DNA of 64,000 nucleotides from Zygnema circumcarinatum SAG 698-1b (Eukaryota; Plantae; Zygnematophyceae): NCBI GenBank assembly GCA_037447605.1, contig CM074821.1, positions 1,364,001 to 1,428,000 of the forward strand, read 5' to 3'. Shown piece by piece: positions 11,394 to 22,600 of this stretch (position 1 is its first letter; each line of letters starts with the position of its first letter). The notes under the pieces were generated by a model. It saw only the letters and a program-made list of their open reading frames with translations, ran no database searches and was not told where the DNA came from. The position numbers and the translations under genes were made by a program.

Positions 11394-12082
11394 CTTCCTT
11401 GGGGGCTCTCTTCCCCTGTCCTCTCCTCGGCTATTCTCTTAGCTAGGCTTCTAGTTATCATTGGTCATTGGGCGGAGCATAAGGCAGGATTTCACAAGAT
11501 GGTAGCTTGGCATAGTGACAACAAAGGGCAAATAGGACTCAGCTTAGATAAAGGTGGTATTTTGGAAACTCACCCCAGCCAGCGGTTGGCTGGGGATTCT
11601 CATTACAATGAAAGCGTCTTCTCACTTGAATCTTTGTCTGGCTGGGCTGAATGGGATGTCTAAATGCTAGCAGCAAGAAGACTCTTTCTCTCTCTCTCTC
11701 TCTATGCCATGGAACTCTCTCTCTCTCTCTTACTTAGCATCTGTTGCTGTCACTGAAGAGGAAGAAAAAGAAGAAGAACAAGACAACAAACCACACAGCA
11801 AATACAAATACTAAGCCCAGCACTAAAAGACAAACTAGCATCACTGACATCCCATCTACTTAGCACTGACAATAGATCTTGAGCCTTCGCAGTGACCGTC
11901 CCTGATTGGCCAACTGCCCACTGAGTGGCCTGACTGACTGCGTGGAGCCTTCGGATGGGTCAACTGATGACAATCGGCGGCATTTTGCGACGCTTCCGAG
12001 TGCGCCTTGCTGGATGGTGTGCTGTTCCGTGGGCCGCCAACACATGGCGCCGCCTTCTCGCATTTTCCGTCGNNNNNNNNNN

Positions 12083-14903
12083 GGAAGGCCGGAGTGGAGG
12101 TAAAGAATATGTCCTTCATCATCTACAGAGAAGTGCCGAGCGCGGCGGAGCAGCCGAGCCCGCTCGGTATCCGTGATAAATGGGGGCAATGTGCGAGTCA
12201 TGACGTAGCGCAGAAGGGAGGAGTCAGAATGGACGTCATTGGCGCTGGGGAAATGGGGAGGAAGAAAGGGAGCTTCGCCATCGTCATCCATGAGGAGTTC
12301 CCACGGATCCGCATGGGGGTGGCCGTGGGTGAAGTCAGGGTCCTGCCAGCGATGGAGGGTGGTGGCCGTGGCCGGAATGTCGATCAGCCCATCCGCGAAT
12401 ATGACATCATGTAGGTCTTGATCGGCAATGAAAATCTCAATGGGAAGATGCTCAGGGTTCAAGAGGGTAGGTGGGGGGATGGGTTCAGGAACGGCCGGAT
12501 CGTGACAGAGGAGTGGAGCCGAAGGATTTCGACTGAGGCCGTCTGCATTGCCGTGGCTCCGTCCGGGACGGTGAGTGACCTTGAGTACATTATACTCCTC
12601 CAACTTCATCACCCAACGTGCAAACTTGGGTCGTAGGGTAGCCATGATGTGCAGCCAAGTGAGTGGCATGTGGTCAGTCCGAATGACAATGGCTGGTAGG
12701 CTGTAAAGAGCTTAAACTTCTCCAGTGCCCAGAGGATAGCCGCTGCCTCACCCTCAGTAGGGCTGTACTTGGTCTCGGTTTCCGAACAAACCCTGCTAGC
12801 ATAACTGACCGGGTGTTCCCCATCCGAGAATGCTTGACTGGCCACTGCCCCAAAGCCCGTCTGACTCCAGTCGGCGTCAATAATTGTGGGCAGGGTGGGG
12901 TCGAATTGATGCAGACAAGGAGCCTGAAGGAGGGCACTCTTGAGCGCTTGGAAGGCCAAATCTTGCGCTCGGCTCCATTCGTAGTGGACTCCGTGCTTCT
13001 CCAAGGCATGTAGGGGCCTTGTGATAGAACTATAGCCCTTGATGAGCGTAGAATAGAATGAGGTAGTCCCAAGAAAGGGCGAGCTGAGTGAGGTTCTGTG
13101 GAATTGGCATAAGGTCAATCGCCTCAATCTTGTCGAGTGATGGTTTCAGTCCATTGATGCCGAGGCGATGCCCTAGATGAGTGATCTCTTGATGGCCCCA
13201 TTTGCACTTCTTGGGAGCAATCTTCAAACGCGCACTGATGAGCTGTTGAAGGACTTGGTCAATGTGTTGCAGGTGGGAGGACCAATCCTTGTTGTGGAGG
13301 GAAGCATCGTCCACGTAGGGTTCGCAGAAGGCACGACAGGGGCCGAATACCTGGTTGGCCAGGCGCTGGTGAGTCTGGCTGGAATTCTTGAGCCCAAAGG
13401 GAAGCACTGTCCACTGCACGAAGCGCGTGGCTGTGCGAAGCCCTGTCTTGCAGCGATCGGCCTGTTGCAGAGGGATCTGCCAGAAGGACTTCTGCATGTC
13501 CAGTGCCGAGAACCACCGGTCCTCAGGGGAGACGCCGTGGAGTATAAGGTCCACATCCGGCAACGTATAGGGATCCCACTTCGTCACTGCATTCAGTTTC
13601 CGATAGTCTCCACAGAAGCGGAGTGTGCCATCCGGCTTTGGTGGNNNNNNNNNNTGTGATGCTCAATCAGGTGGGTCTTACCGATGTCGAGTGAATGTCG
13701 TGCAAAAACTAGGTGATTTCGGCGCAGCACTTGGCGTAGTTGAGAATGCTTGATCGGGTCTGAGAGTACTGCTGGCCCCAATCGCATCTGACCCTCTATT
13801 TCTAGCCACTCTTCATCACTGATGGTCTCGTGGGCGGGAAAGCTGGGTGCAACAATCAGCGGCGGCAAAAGTTCTGCCGTCGGCGCACAGAGGGCTGGAC
13901 CCGGAGGAGCAGTAGGGGGAGGCTCGTCCTCGGTATCAGAATTGGCCGATCCATAGGAAGATTGGGGGCTGCCGACTGCATGGTACATGGTGATCTCTGG
14001 GTAGGAGACCTGCGCCGTGGCGTGGCGTTTGGGGAAGGCGGAGGTGGCAAGGGACTCGAGGATGATGGGGAAGGAGCAATCTGTTCCGCCAGCAGATAAG
14101 TGCAGCTGACACATAGAAAAGTCGATTTGTGCTCCCATTGCAATGAGCCAATCTGAGCCAAGCAGGATAGAATAATGCTCAGCGGCAGTGATGACCGTAT
14201 TCACCGTAGCTCCCATCTCGCCCAGGCTGATGATCACTTGGGCACTGCCCAATCCTTCATGTTGACTCCCCTCAACCCCCACATATCGGGGGATGGGCTC
14301 AAGCGTCTTGTCCAACTTAACCCCTGCAGCCTTCATCACCGGTTTGGACAGAACTGTGCGCATAGCTCCTGTGTCGATCATGGCCTTGCTGGGATGACCG
14401 TTTAGCCATACATTGACAATGATTCGCACGTTGGGTGTTGGGATCAGAGGGAGGACATGAATTTGGCGAGGAGGATGGCGGGGGGAGCGAACTGGATCTG
14501 GAAGAGGCGCCGTGGCCATGTGGTGTATATCTGCCGGCGAGGGGATGTCCGGAGGAGATGTCATGGGCACCGTGGGAGGCCGCAGGGTGGCCTCTGCACT
14601 GTCGGCCAGCTTACGGACTACGGCGGCAGCACCTGGAACCAGCTGCATCAACTGTGACAAGGTAATGCCGATCTTAGCCTTGTCTCCCATGAGCTGATGA
14701 ACCATGCGTTCAATCAGGGATAAGCCATCTGTCGGGGGAGGTGGGCGACGATCGGCTGCTTGGGGGTAGAAACGGGCTGCCCGAGGGCGATGGGGAGGGT
14801 TGACGTGCATTTCTTCTGTCGCTGGTGCTGTCGTCTCTGGCTGTGCCGCCGTCGGCTCCTCCTCATTGAGATCGTCTGTTTCCTCCTCAGGCATGGATCC
14901 CAA
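12083..14903 (-). pseudogene. Gypsy A pol remnant: aspartic protease, RT, RNase H (frameshifted; integrase not seen)
   Basis: AMIDTGA protease; LDMQKSFWQI, LPFGLKNS and YVDD in RT; DADWS..SYASR..YSPTEGEA..RTDHMPL..HGNADGLSR in RNase H. Frame changes near 13080 and 12700; N gaps present. Confidence 0.85.
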
Positions 14904-16891
14904 GGGATGACCCGTGGAAGGAGGGAGGACTGAAGTTCTCCGGACAGGGGTGGCGACCGGTGGAGCCNNNNNNNNNNGGGGACTCCATGGGGTGCAGATG
15001 TATCGGCGGACGCTGCAGGATGGTATAAGCGGGTGAAGGAGGTGGAGGCGGGCGAAAGGGAGCCGGAGTTCTCGGTGGTGTGTGAATAGCCGGGAGCATG
15101 TCCATGAAGGTGATCTCTGCAGGTGAGCTCCCTACAGCTGCCTCTTTCCCCTTTCGGGCCTTCTCACTTGAAAGTCTCCGCATGCACACACGGGCATCAT
15201 GTCCCGTGATCTGGCAGAAGGTGCAGGTCCATGGTCCACTACGCAGCCGCGGATTATGATTCAGGCCGCAGGCAAGACAGACGCCCTCTTGAACCCCTGC
15301 CTCTGTCATCCGACGGCGCAAATCTGCTCTGGCAGCTTCTCTCTCTTCGGGTGTGCGATCGGAATAAGGACCCCGATATCCTGGACGAGAAACATCGGGT
15401 ATGTGAGGATTCACCGAAGGCTCAATGGGATGCGCAGGATCATGAGGGTATGGAGAAGGGGGAAGGGGCTTGGTCGTGCTGGCTACAGCCAGAGGCTGCA
15501 CCACAGGGGCTGCCCGGACGTCCTGTGCAGGGATGCCGGAGAAAGACGGCTTGTTCCTAGATGATGTAGCGTAGGGATCATACAACTGCTGATTCTGTGT
15601 CTTCAGAAACTGCTGGTATAGTCGATCTTGTCGTGGATCGGTAGCATTCATGTAGTGTGGTCGTACATGNNNNNNNNNNAACCACTGGAGAACCTCGGGA
15701 AAGTCAGGCAAGTTCTCGATCGTATTTGCCATGCGCACAAAACGCTCAGTGAATTCAAACAGCCGCTCATCACTGTAGCATTCTATGTAGCGAAGTCGGT
15801 CTAGCACAATGATTGGATCTGAAATCCAGCGTTGTCTGAAAGCTTGCTTGAATGTGTCCCTTGTAAGGGTGCCGACGACATCCGCTTTGTGCCAGTTTCG
15901 GGACAGCTTCCAATTGACTGCCTCTCCTTCCAGCGCTCCAAGGGCCAGCTTGATCCACTGGTCCTCCTTCAAGTCTGCTTGCGCTGCCTTCTCCTCAAGG
16001 TGTCTCAGCCAGGCTTCCGCATCTTCCTGCTTGCCGGTGAATCCTCTGGTGATGATGCCCGTGGTATCTCTCACCTCACTCTTTTCAGGAATCATGGCTA
16101 TCAGTTTTGTCATCATCTCTTCCATCTTGCTGGGAAACTCAGATCTGATACGTGTGCTTCTCTGCAGGTTGGTGCGAAAGCAGGAGGGTCCTTGCGATCG
16201 TCCTGCCCTTGCCCCTGAAGCCGCTTGCCTGGGACTGCCGGATGGGTAAGTTGTGAACGCCGGAGGGCTACGCTACAAACCCGCCCCTGGCAGGGTTCGA
16301 ACACAGGACCTCCCGGTACCCACCTAAGTGCTTTACCATTAAAAGGCAACCGCGGATGTAAGTACTAGGCCGTACAACACATGTATAGCGTTTCGCTACA
16401 GGAGGTGAGGGTGTCTTCTGAGGAATCACTTGCTCTGCTGTAGGACTGCGTGCCGCTGCTATGCTGGAAGGGACTCCTGGTGCAGTAGTTATTCGACTGA
16501 GATCCCGTGGGTTCTGTCTCTGGTGGGCCGCAGGGGGGATCTCAGGTTCGAACGGAACTCCTCTCTTCACGACATCTGCGGCCGTGACAGCAACTGGGCA
16601 AGCTGCCAACTTGATCATCCTGCGTGCATATCGCCAGCGAAACCTGTGGCCATCACTGCCTAGATGGAGTCGCTGCAGTTCTTCAATCGACTCGATCTGC
16701 TCAAGGTAAGCCAAACTGGGATAAGGGTTCTCTTCTGTGATGCCCATCTTTAGTCTTTCTCTGACTGCTTCTTCCTCTGAGTCTGAATCCGTCCTTGGAT
16801 TGCCGATCGCCTGTTCTTCTTGAGGTCCCACGTCTTCATCTGAATACTCATGAAGATCTGCTTGTCCCTCTTGTTGCAACTCTTCATCCAT
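14887..16891 (-). pseudogene. Gypsy A gag, interrupted at 16267-16400
   Basis: Retrotransposon Gag core (FTGKQEDAEAWL..ALGALEGEAVNW) and CTFCQITGHDARVC knuckle. The ORF starting MDEELQQ (16891) joins the gag frame exactly when the 134-bp insert and one TSD copy are removed. Confidence 0.8.
16267..16400 (-). mobile_element. 134-bp insertion with tRNA-like Pol III promoter and 5-bp TSD (solo-LTR/TRIM-like)
   Basis: GGAGG TSD at 16262-16266 and 16401-16405; begins TGTAGCGAAACGCTA; A-box-like TTTTAATGGTAAAG and B-box GGTCCTGTGTTCGAACCC. Confidence 0.8.
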
Positions 16892-16961
16892 GGCGGCTGT
16901 GACACGGGTCACGCGATCGGCAGCCTCACGTATCAAGGTACGTGGATCTGCAAAACCTCTA

Positions 16962-16973
16962 GCTCTGATACCA
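16962..16973 (-). promoter_or_regulatory. Primer-binding site (initiator Met tRNA) of gypsy A
   Basis: Reverse complement is TGGTATCAGAGC, directly next to the LTR copy. Confidence 0.9.
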
Positions 16974-17208
16974 AGATAAGTGGGGTTAAGAGGAGACTGG
17001 TGAGCTATTTGCAGGTGCTGTACGGCCACTCGCGCGTCCGTGCTGAAACTAATGAAGGGTTGGGTTGGTTCTGTGGGTCTGCCTGCAGCATAGAGCCAGG
17101 ATCCGGGGGATTCAGAGGTACGCGCAGCGGAAGACGTAGGGATCCTGAAGATGTTCCCACCGGCGGCTGGACTCGATACGCAAAGAGCCCTTCCTTGGGG
17201 GCTCTCTT

Positions 17209-18289
17209 TGTAGCGAAACGCTACAGCCACCGGGGCGCTACGCGCACCACGGAGATCTCCGTACGGCTCGTCCGTACTGACTGTCAGTCCGGTCAGGGAC
17301 CGGACTGCCGGGGGACCGACATACTAGGACCGCGCGCGTACGGACGCGCGCCGCCTTTCGGCGGGCGCCGCGCGCGGGTGTCGGTCGNNNNNNNNNNCCT
17401 TGGCGTGGGACTTGGTCCCCTGTACCTTCTGGCTCCAACTCGCCTCGGCGAGAGACCCCACCCTTTCGTGCCCCGCGTGGGGGCGGGAGGGGGCCAAAGC
17501 GTCCTGGGGATGCACCAGCTCAGCCCTTGGCGGCAAAAGTTCCCAAGTTGACGTCCCAAGAAGCGGACAGGCTCAAGAAGGAGGGCCGATGCTACCGATG
17601 CCGACAGGCGGGGCATCTGGCTCGGGACTGTCCTAAGGGTCAGCAAACTCCTGGTCCGGAAAACGGACCCCCACCTGCAGTCTAGAGGTTGTTGCAGGTG
17701 GTAGTGGTGGGGGGGGGAGAATGGTTGTTGGAGCTGCCAGGCGTAGGGATTTTGTTGTTCCCTTTTCCAGTGATTTATTGAATATTATGGGCCGGCAGCC
17801 CCTTGCATCGGATATTTTCGTCTTGCATTGCCCGGAATATCTGAATGACTATTTGTTCTCTCTCTCCACCCGAATGACCTCTCTTGAGTTTGCTGTTGCG
17901 CAATGGGATGACCCTGCTGAAATCTGGATTCTGAACCCTACCGGGGCTACCGATCTGTTTGATAGTGTCCTTGATGCCTTCCGACGGGGGCGCACTTCAA
18001 TGCTCGTGTCTGCGGTGCACGTCTTGCTCCCGCAACACGTCCCCATAACTTGTTTCGGCCACGCCCATTGGAAGGTGGTCCGGATTTGGCGGAGAGGTCA
18101 CCCGTTGGTGCGCTGGGACGACTCAGGACATATCACCTCTTGCACGCTTCCGTTCCCTGTCCTTTGGCGTACGGCGCGTCTCGATTCGTTGGTTGTCCTC
18201 AGATCCATGTTTCAGCGGTCCCACCGTGCCATGACCTTTTCGGGGGTTGTGGAAGGTAGACCTATCATCGCCCTATTCGATTCAGGCGC
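17209..18289 (+). mobile_element. Second Ty3/gypsy-type element (C) inserted in the gypsy A LTR; fragment with LTR start, gag end, methylase-like domain and protease start
   Basis: Starts TGTAGCG at the point where the two A LTR copies diverge. Gag end KLTSQEADRLKKEGRCYRCRQAGHLARDC; GGAAAAC at 17658-17664 links to a -1 frame ORF ending ALFDSG at a gap. An N gap separates the LTR start from the coding part. Confidence 0.7.
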
Positions 18290-19689
18290 NNNNNNNNNNT
18301 CTCTTACTTAGCATCTGTTGCTGTCACTGAAGAGGAAGAAAAAGAAGAAGAACAAGACAACAAACCACACAGCAAATACAAATACTAAGCCCAGCACTAA
18401 AAGACAAACTAGCATCACTGACATCCCATCTACTTAGCACTGACAATAGATCTTGAGCCTTCGCAGTGACCGTCCCTGATTGGCCAACTGCCCACTGAGT
18501 GGCCTGACTGACTGCGTGGAGCCTTCGGATGGGTCAACTGATGACAATCGGCGGCATTTTGCGACGCTTCCGAGTGCGCCTTGCTGGATGGTGTGCTGTT
18601 CCGTGGGCCGCCAACACATGGCGCCGCCTTCTCGCATTTTCCGTCGGCAACTCCTGGATTATGCCGGTCCGTGACACTAAATATGAATATGTCAAGTACA
18701 ACTGAACGGACGCGGATCCGTCGAGCGCAGCTCCGTTACGCTACAGAACGCACTGTACAGGGTGGAAAATATGAGGACTGCTGACTGTACTGTACAGTAC
18801 TGTACTGTACTGTACTGTACCGTACCGTACTCTTGACGGCGCGCTGAGTCGCTGACTCGCTGAGGCACCCAACGGACTTGGACCATGGTTCCATGGAACA
18901 GTTCGGCGTCGTGTGCGACGGTAAAACGGGTTCCATCAAGGCACCTTTGGCCGACGTGGCGCCGACGTGGCCCTAAGTTCTAAGCCCGGCAATCCCTTCC
19001 AGAGCGCGCCCGAGCCTCCGCCGGGCGCACCTCAGGCCCTGCCGCCCTTGGACTACCCCTTTTTCCCGGAAGCTTCGGAATGTGATCGGTGACCCCTGAT
19101 TGTTTCGCTGCTGCTCCGTTATGGCCGACGGTGCGTCATATGTTCACAAATCTGTTAAACATTTTTGGAACTGGGACAAAAAGAAGTTAGTTCAAGGACA
19201 TTGTACCAAAAGTACGGCCGCCATTATTGTACGGACGACTCGAAACAAAATTGACTGTACCTTTGAGTATCACGTGTGAGCCGTATACAGGGAAGCTTCC
19301 AGGAAGCAGCGGCCATCCAAGGGAGCTGCCAAAGCTGTTGGCTCCCCAATCAGCTTTTCTGAAAGTGGAGAGGTCAAGGAGACGGGCTAGAAAAAAAAAA
19401 TATATATTAATAATAGAAAAAACAAGGAAATATATATAGCAGAAGTGAGCTCGGCATCATGGAATCAATACCAAATCATTCGTCGTAAAGCAAATATATA
19501 AAAAAAAAATTAAACGGATAATTTGAGTTCCTGCAGTACAACTGTGTGTGGGAAGGAGGAGGTTCGAGAGGAGGAGGGCAATTTTGGTTAGCGTTTAGGG
19601 TTAAGGTTGAAGTTAGGTAGGGCTAGGTTATAGGTTAGAAATTAGGGTTAAGATAGCATTAGGGTTGAGGCAGAATTAGGGTTGGCGAC

Positions 19690-22600
19690 ATGGGCCCTTC
19701 CCTTCCCATCCCTCTCCCAATCGCGCTCATCGCCGCCATGGCGGGGATCGCCTGGCGAGTTCGACGGAGGAATAACGGAACTGGAACCGCGGAGCATGGA
19801 CATAGAGACGCGGCTGCAGGAGAAGGCACCACAGGGAGCAACGGAGGGGAGGGAGAGAGCCGGCAGGCGAAGGAGGGAGAGGGAAGAGATGGGGAGGAAG
19901 TGGGAGAGGGTGGGGGGGAGGGAGAGGGAGAGGGAGAGGGGGAGGGAGAGAGAGAGGGAGAGGGAGAGGAGGGAGAGGGAAGGAAGGGGCCGGGACCGCT
20001 GGCGATGTACAAAGAACAGTTCGCTAAGAAAGTGCGGAGCTGGGAGAGCTTGAATGAGGATTTGGAGAGGTTTCCGTACTATTTGAGGTAGGCGACCTAT
20101 GGACTCATTTCTGAAAAATGTGTTGATTGTGGTTATGATTTAAAAAACTGATCGAAGATCGTAAATTTGCATGGATTAAGAGCTCAGAAAAATTTCTGAT
20201 TTCTTGATGGGTTCCGTTGCTTTGTGACTATTTCCGTTTGTTGCAGCGAACGGACACGAGACCTCCTTCTAAACTCTGCGTTTCTGCATCTTAAAAAGTT
20301 TCAATTCTCAAAGTACGCTTCGCCATTCGTGAATTTAAGTAATTGGATTCTGCTGTGCGGACCTCAAGGTGCGCGAAAAAAATGATACTTCCAAAATTTT
20401 ACCCTCTTGGACTCCCCTCCCTTTTTGGGAGCTCAGCTTTTCAACATGCTCTTATCGTCCATGGAAGTTATTTCTGATCGTAAAGTCATGTCAATATACA
20501 TAATTCGAGAAGTAAACTCAAATATTCACCTGTGCTTCTGACTTTTTTTCTTTTTATGGCATATGACGAACATATTTTTTCCAAAAGAAAACCAGAAGTA
20601 ACTTCAACATCTTCTCCAACCTTGTTGAACTTTTGAAGCTTTAGATGTTCAAGTTTCATTTGACTTCACGGTTGCTAATTTGATGTGTTATAATTTTCCA
20701 AAATTATATTCCCATTCACTTTTGAACTCGTCCATTTCATATCTGTCGATGCAATCTATAACATTAATTTATTGAAATGTTTTATATTTTCAGGCACAGA
20801 AGTGTACCGGGAGGCATTAGTGAGGGCCTTAGCTCGAAAATTGGAGGTCAATTTTTTGACTGTGGAGGCGTACCAACTTACATGGAACGTGAGTGCAGTT
20901 CCGTAAAACTGGTGGACGAAATCGCTCAAATAGGGATACTTCTGTAATATTTTTTAATATAAAAGCGTATCAATCACAAGTTCAGTGGATTTCATGCAAC
21001 CTTGAATCTCGGAACTCTAAGTTCTGAAAACACAATAACTTCCTTCTTCTTCTTTTTCTAAAATCAAGCATAAACCCAAAACCTAAAACGAAGGTCTACT
21101 TTAGCAAGGCCAAAATTTGCTTTCGAGCCATCGACATGATATTTTATTTTTTACTGAACGGAGATTTCTCTGTTCAGGATGACGAAGGGTCGGGCCGAAA
21201 AAGGTCGGTGGAAAGGACAAGGGACGGAGATGGAAATAACTCCCAAGAAAATTCAGAGCTATGTTTGGTGAGAAAGGAATGTGTATTTTTAGGGTCCTTT
21301 CTCCCTTTCCTTCCTCTCACCTCCTCCCTGCCGCTCTCTCTCCTCCGCCGCCTCGCTCTCCTCTCCCTCACTCACCCATATTTCTCCCTCTCAATCTCTC
21401 CCACTCAAGCAATCAAAAAGGTGGCCCCAAAGCAGCAGCTCACCTCTCTCTTCATGAACTCTCTCACCCTCCTCCCCTCCCACCCTCCTCCCCTCCTCCC
21501 CTCCCACCCTCCTCCCGTCCCCCTTTCCCTCCCCTTTCCCTCCCCCCCTCCCCTCCCCTCCCCTCCCCCCTCCCCTCCCTCCCCCTCCCCTCCCCCTCCC
21601 CTCCCCCCCTCCCCTCCCCCTCCCCCCCTCCCTCCCTCCTCCCCCTCCCCTCCCCTCCCTCCCCCTCCCCCCCTCCCCTCCCCTCCCTCCCCCCCTCCCC
21701 TCCCCTCCCCCCTCCCCCTCCCCCTCCCCTCCCCCCTCCCCTCCTCCCCCTCCCCCTCCCTCCCTCCCCTCCCCCTCCCCTCCCTCCTCCCCCTCCCCCT
21801 CCCCTCCCTCCCCCCTCCCCCTGCCCTCCTGCCCCTCCTCCCCCTCCCCTCCCCCTCCCCTCCCCCCTCCCCCCCTCCCCTCCCCCTGCCCTCACCTCCC
21901 CTCCCCCTCCCCTCCCCTCCCCCTCCCCCTCCCCCCCTCCACCCCTCCCCTCCCCTCCCCTCCCCCCCTCCCCCCCTCCCCTCATTCTACCTTCTCTCAA
22001 ATTCCATTCTACCTCAGTTTTTACATGTCTTCTCACATATTCTTTCCTTCTTTCTCTTTCCCCTTCTTCTTTTCTTCCCTCTTTTGGGGCTCAGTATAGC
22101 AGCATGGCGAGGCACCTTTTGGGACTTACCGCTCTCCTCGCTGCGGGAGTAGCGGGAGTGGTAGCGGCAGGGCAGCCTCCCTCAGATGACACCTCCCTGA
22201 GTGGAGGACAAGAAGGGGCAAAAAATGTGACTCTCACGCGAGCACACGACGATGAAAATATTTCCGGAGCAGGAAAATATTCCGGTCACACAGCCGAAAA
22301 TTTGTTCGGAGATGGAGGGGAGCAAAGTCGAACCCTAAAAATAGGTACAGGCTTTTTCGGCATTCTCAAGGCTATTTTTCTTAGGGGAGTGGCGGATTAG
22401 GGATTAGACTTGCGTTGAAACTGGCTGATCTATCGCCGCTACAACGAAAAAAAAGGGAGGGTACAAAATAAGCTAAAACAAACGGAAGTTTTCCCGATTT
22501 TAGAGGATGCTTTTTCATGTGTGTGGTAGTATTTCTTGCAGTTGGAAGTCCATGGAATATAGACTGTAGGGCTTTGACATGGGTTGTGAAGCAGCAGATC

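Larger units (their letters stand above)
6036..18676 (-). mobile_element. Ty3/gypsy LTR retrotransposon A, degenerate, with three nested insertions
   Basis: LTR copies at 6036-6256+11399-12072 and 16974-17208+18300-18676; Met-tRNA PBS (TGGTATCAGAGC) at 16973-16962; gag, protease, RT and RNase H between them. Internal N gaps make contiguity uncertain. Confidence 0.75.

Noticed and set aside
16267-16400. Functional tRNA gene
   Set aside because: Acceptor and T stems do not pair properly, and the segment is embedded in a TSD-flanked insert.
11726-18646. Identical 347-bp blocks 11726-12072 and 18300-18646 as proof of a full-length gypsy
   Set aside because: They fit an LTR pair but could equally be a contig overlap around a solo LTR; not used as independent evidence of age.
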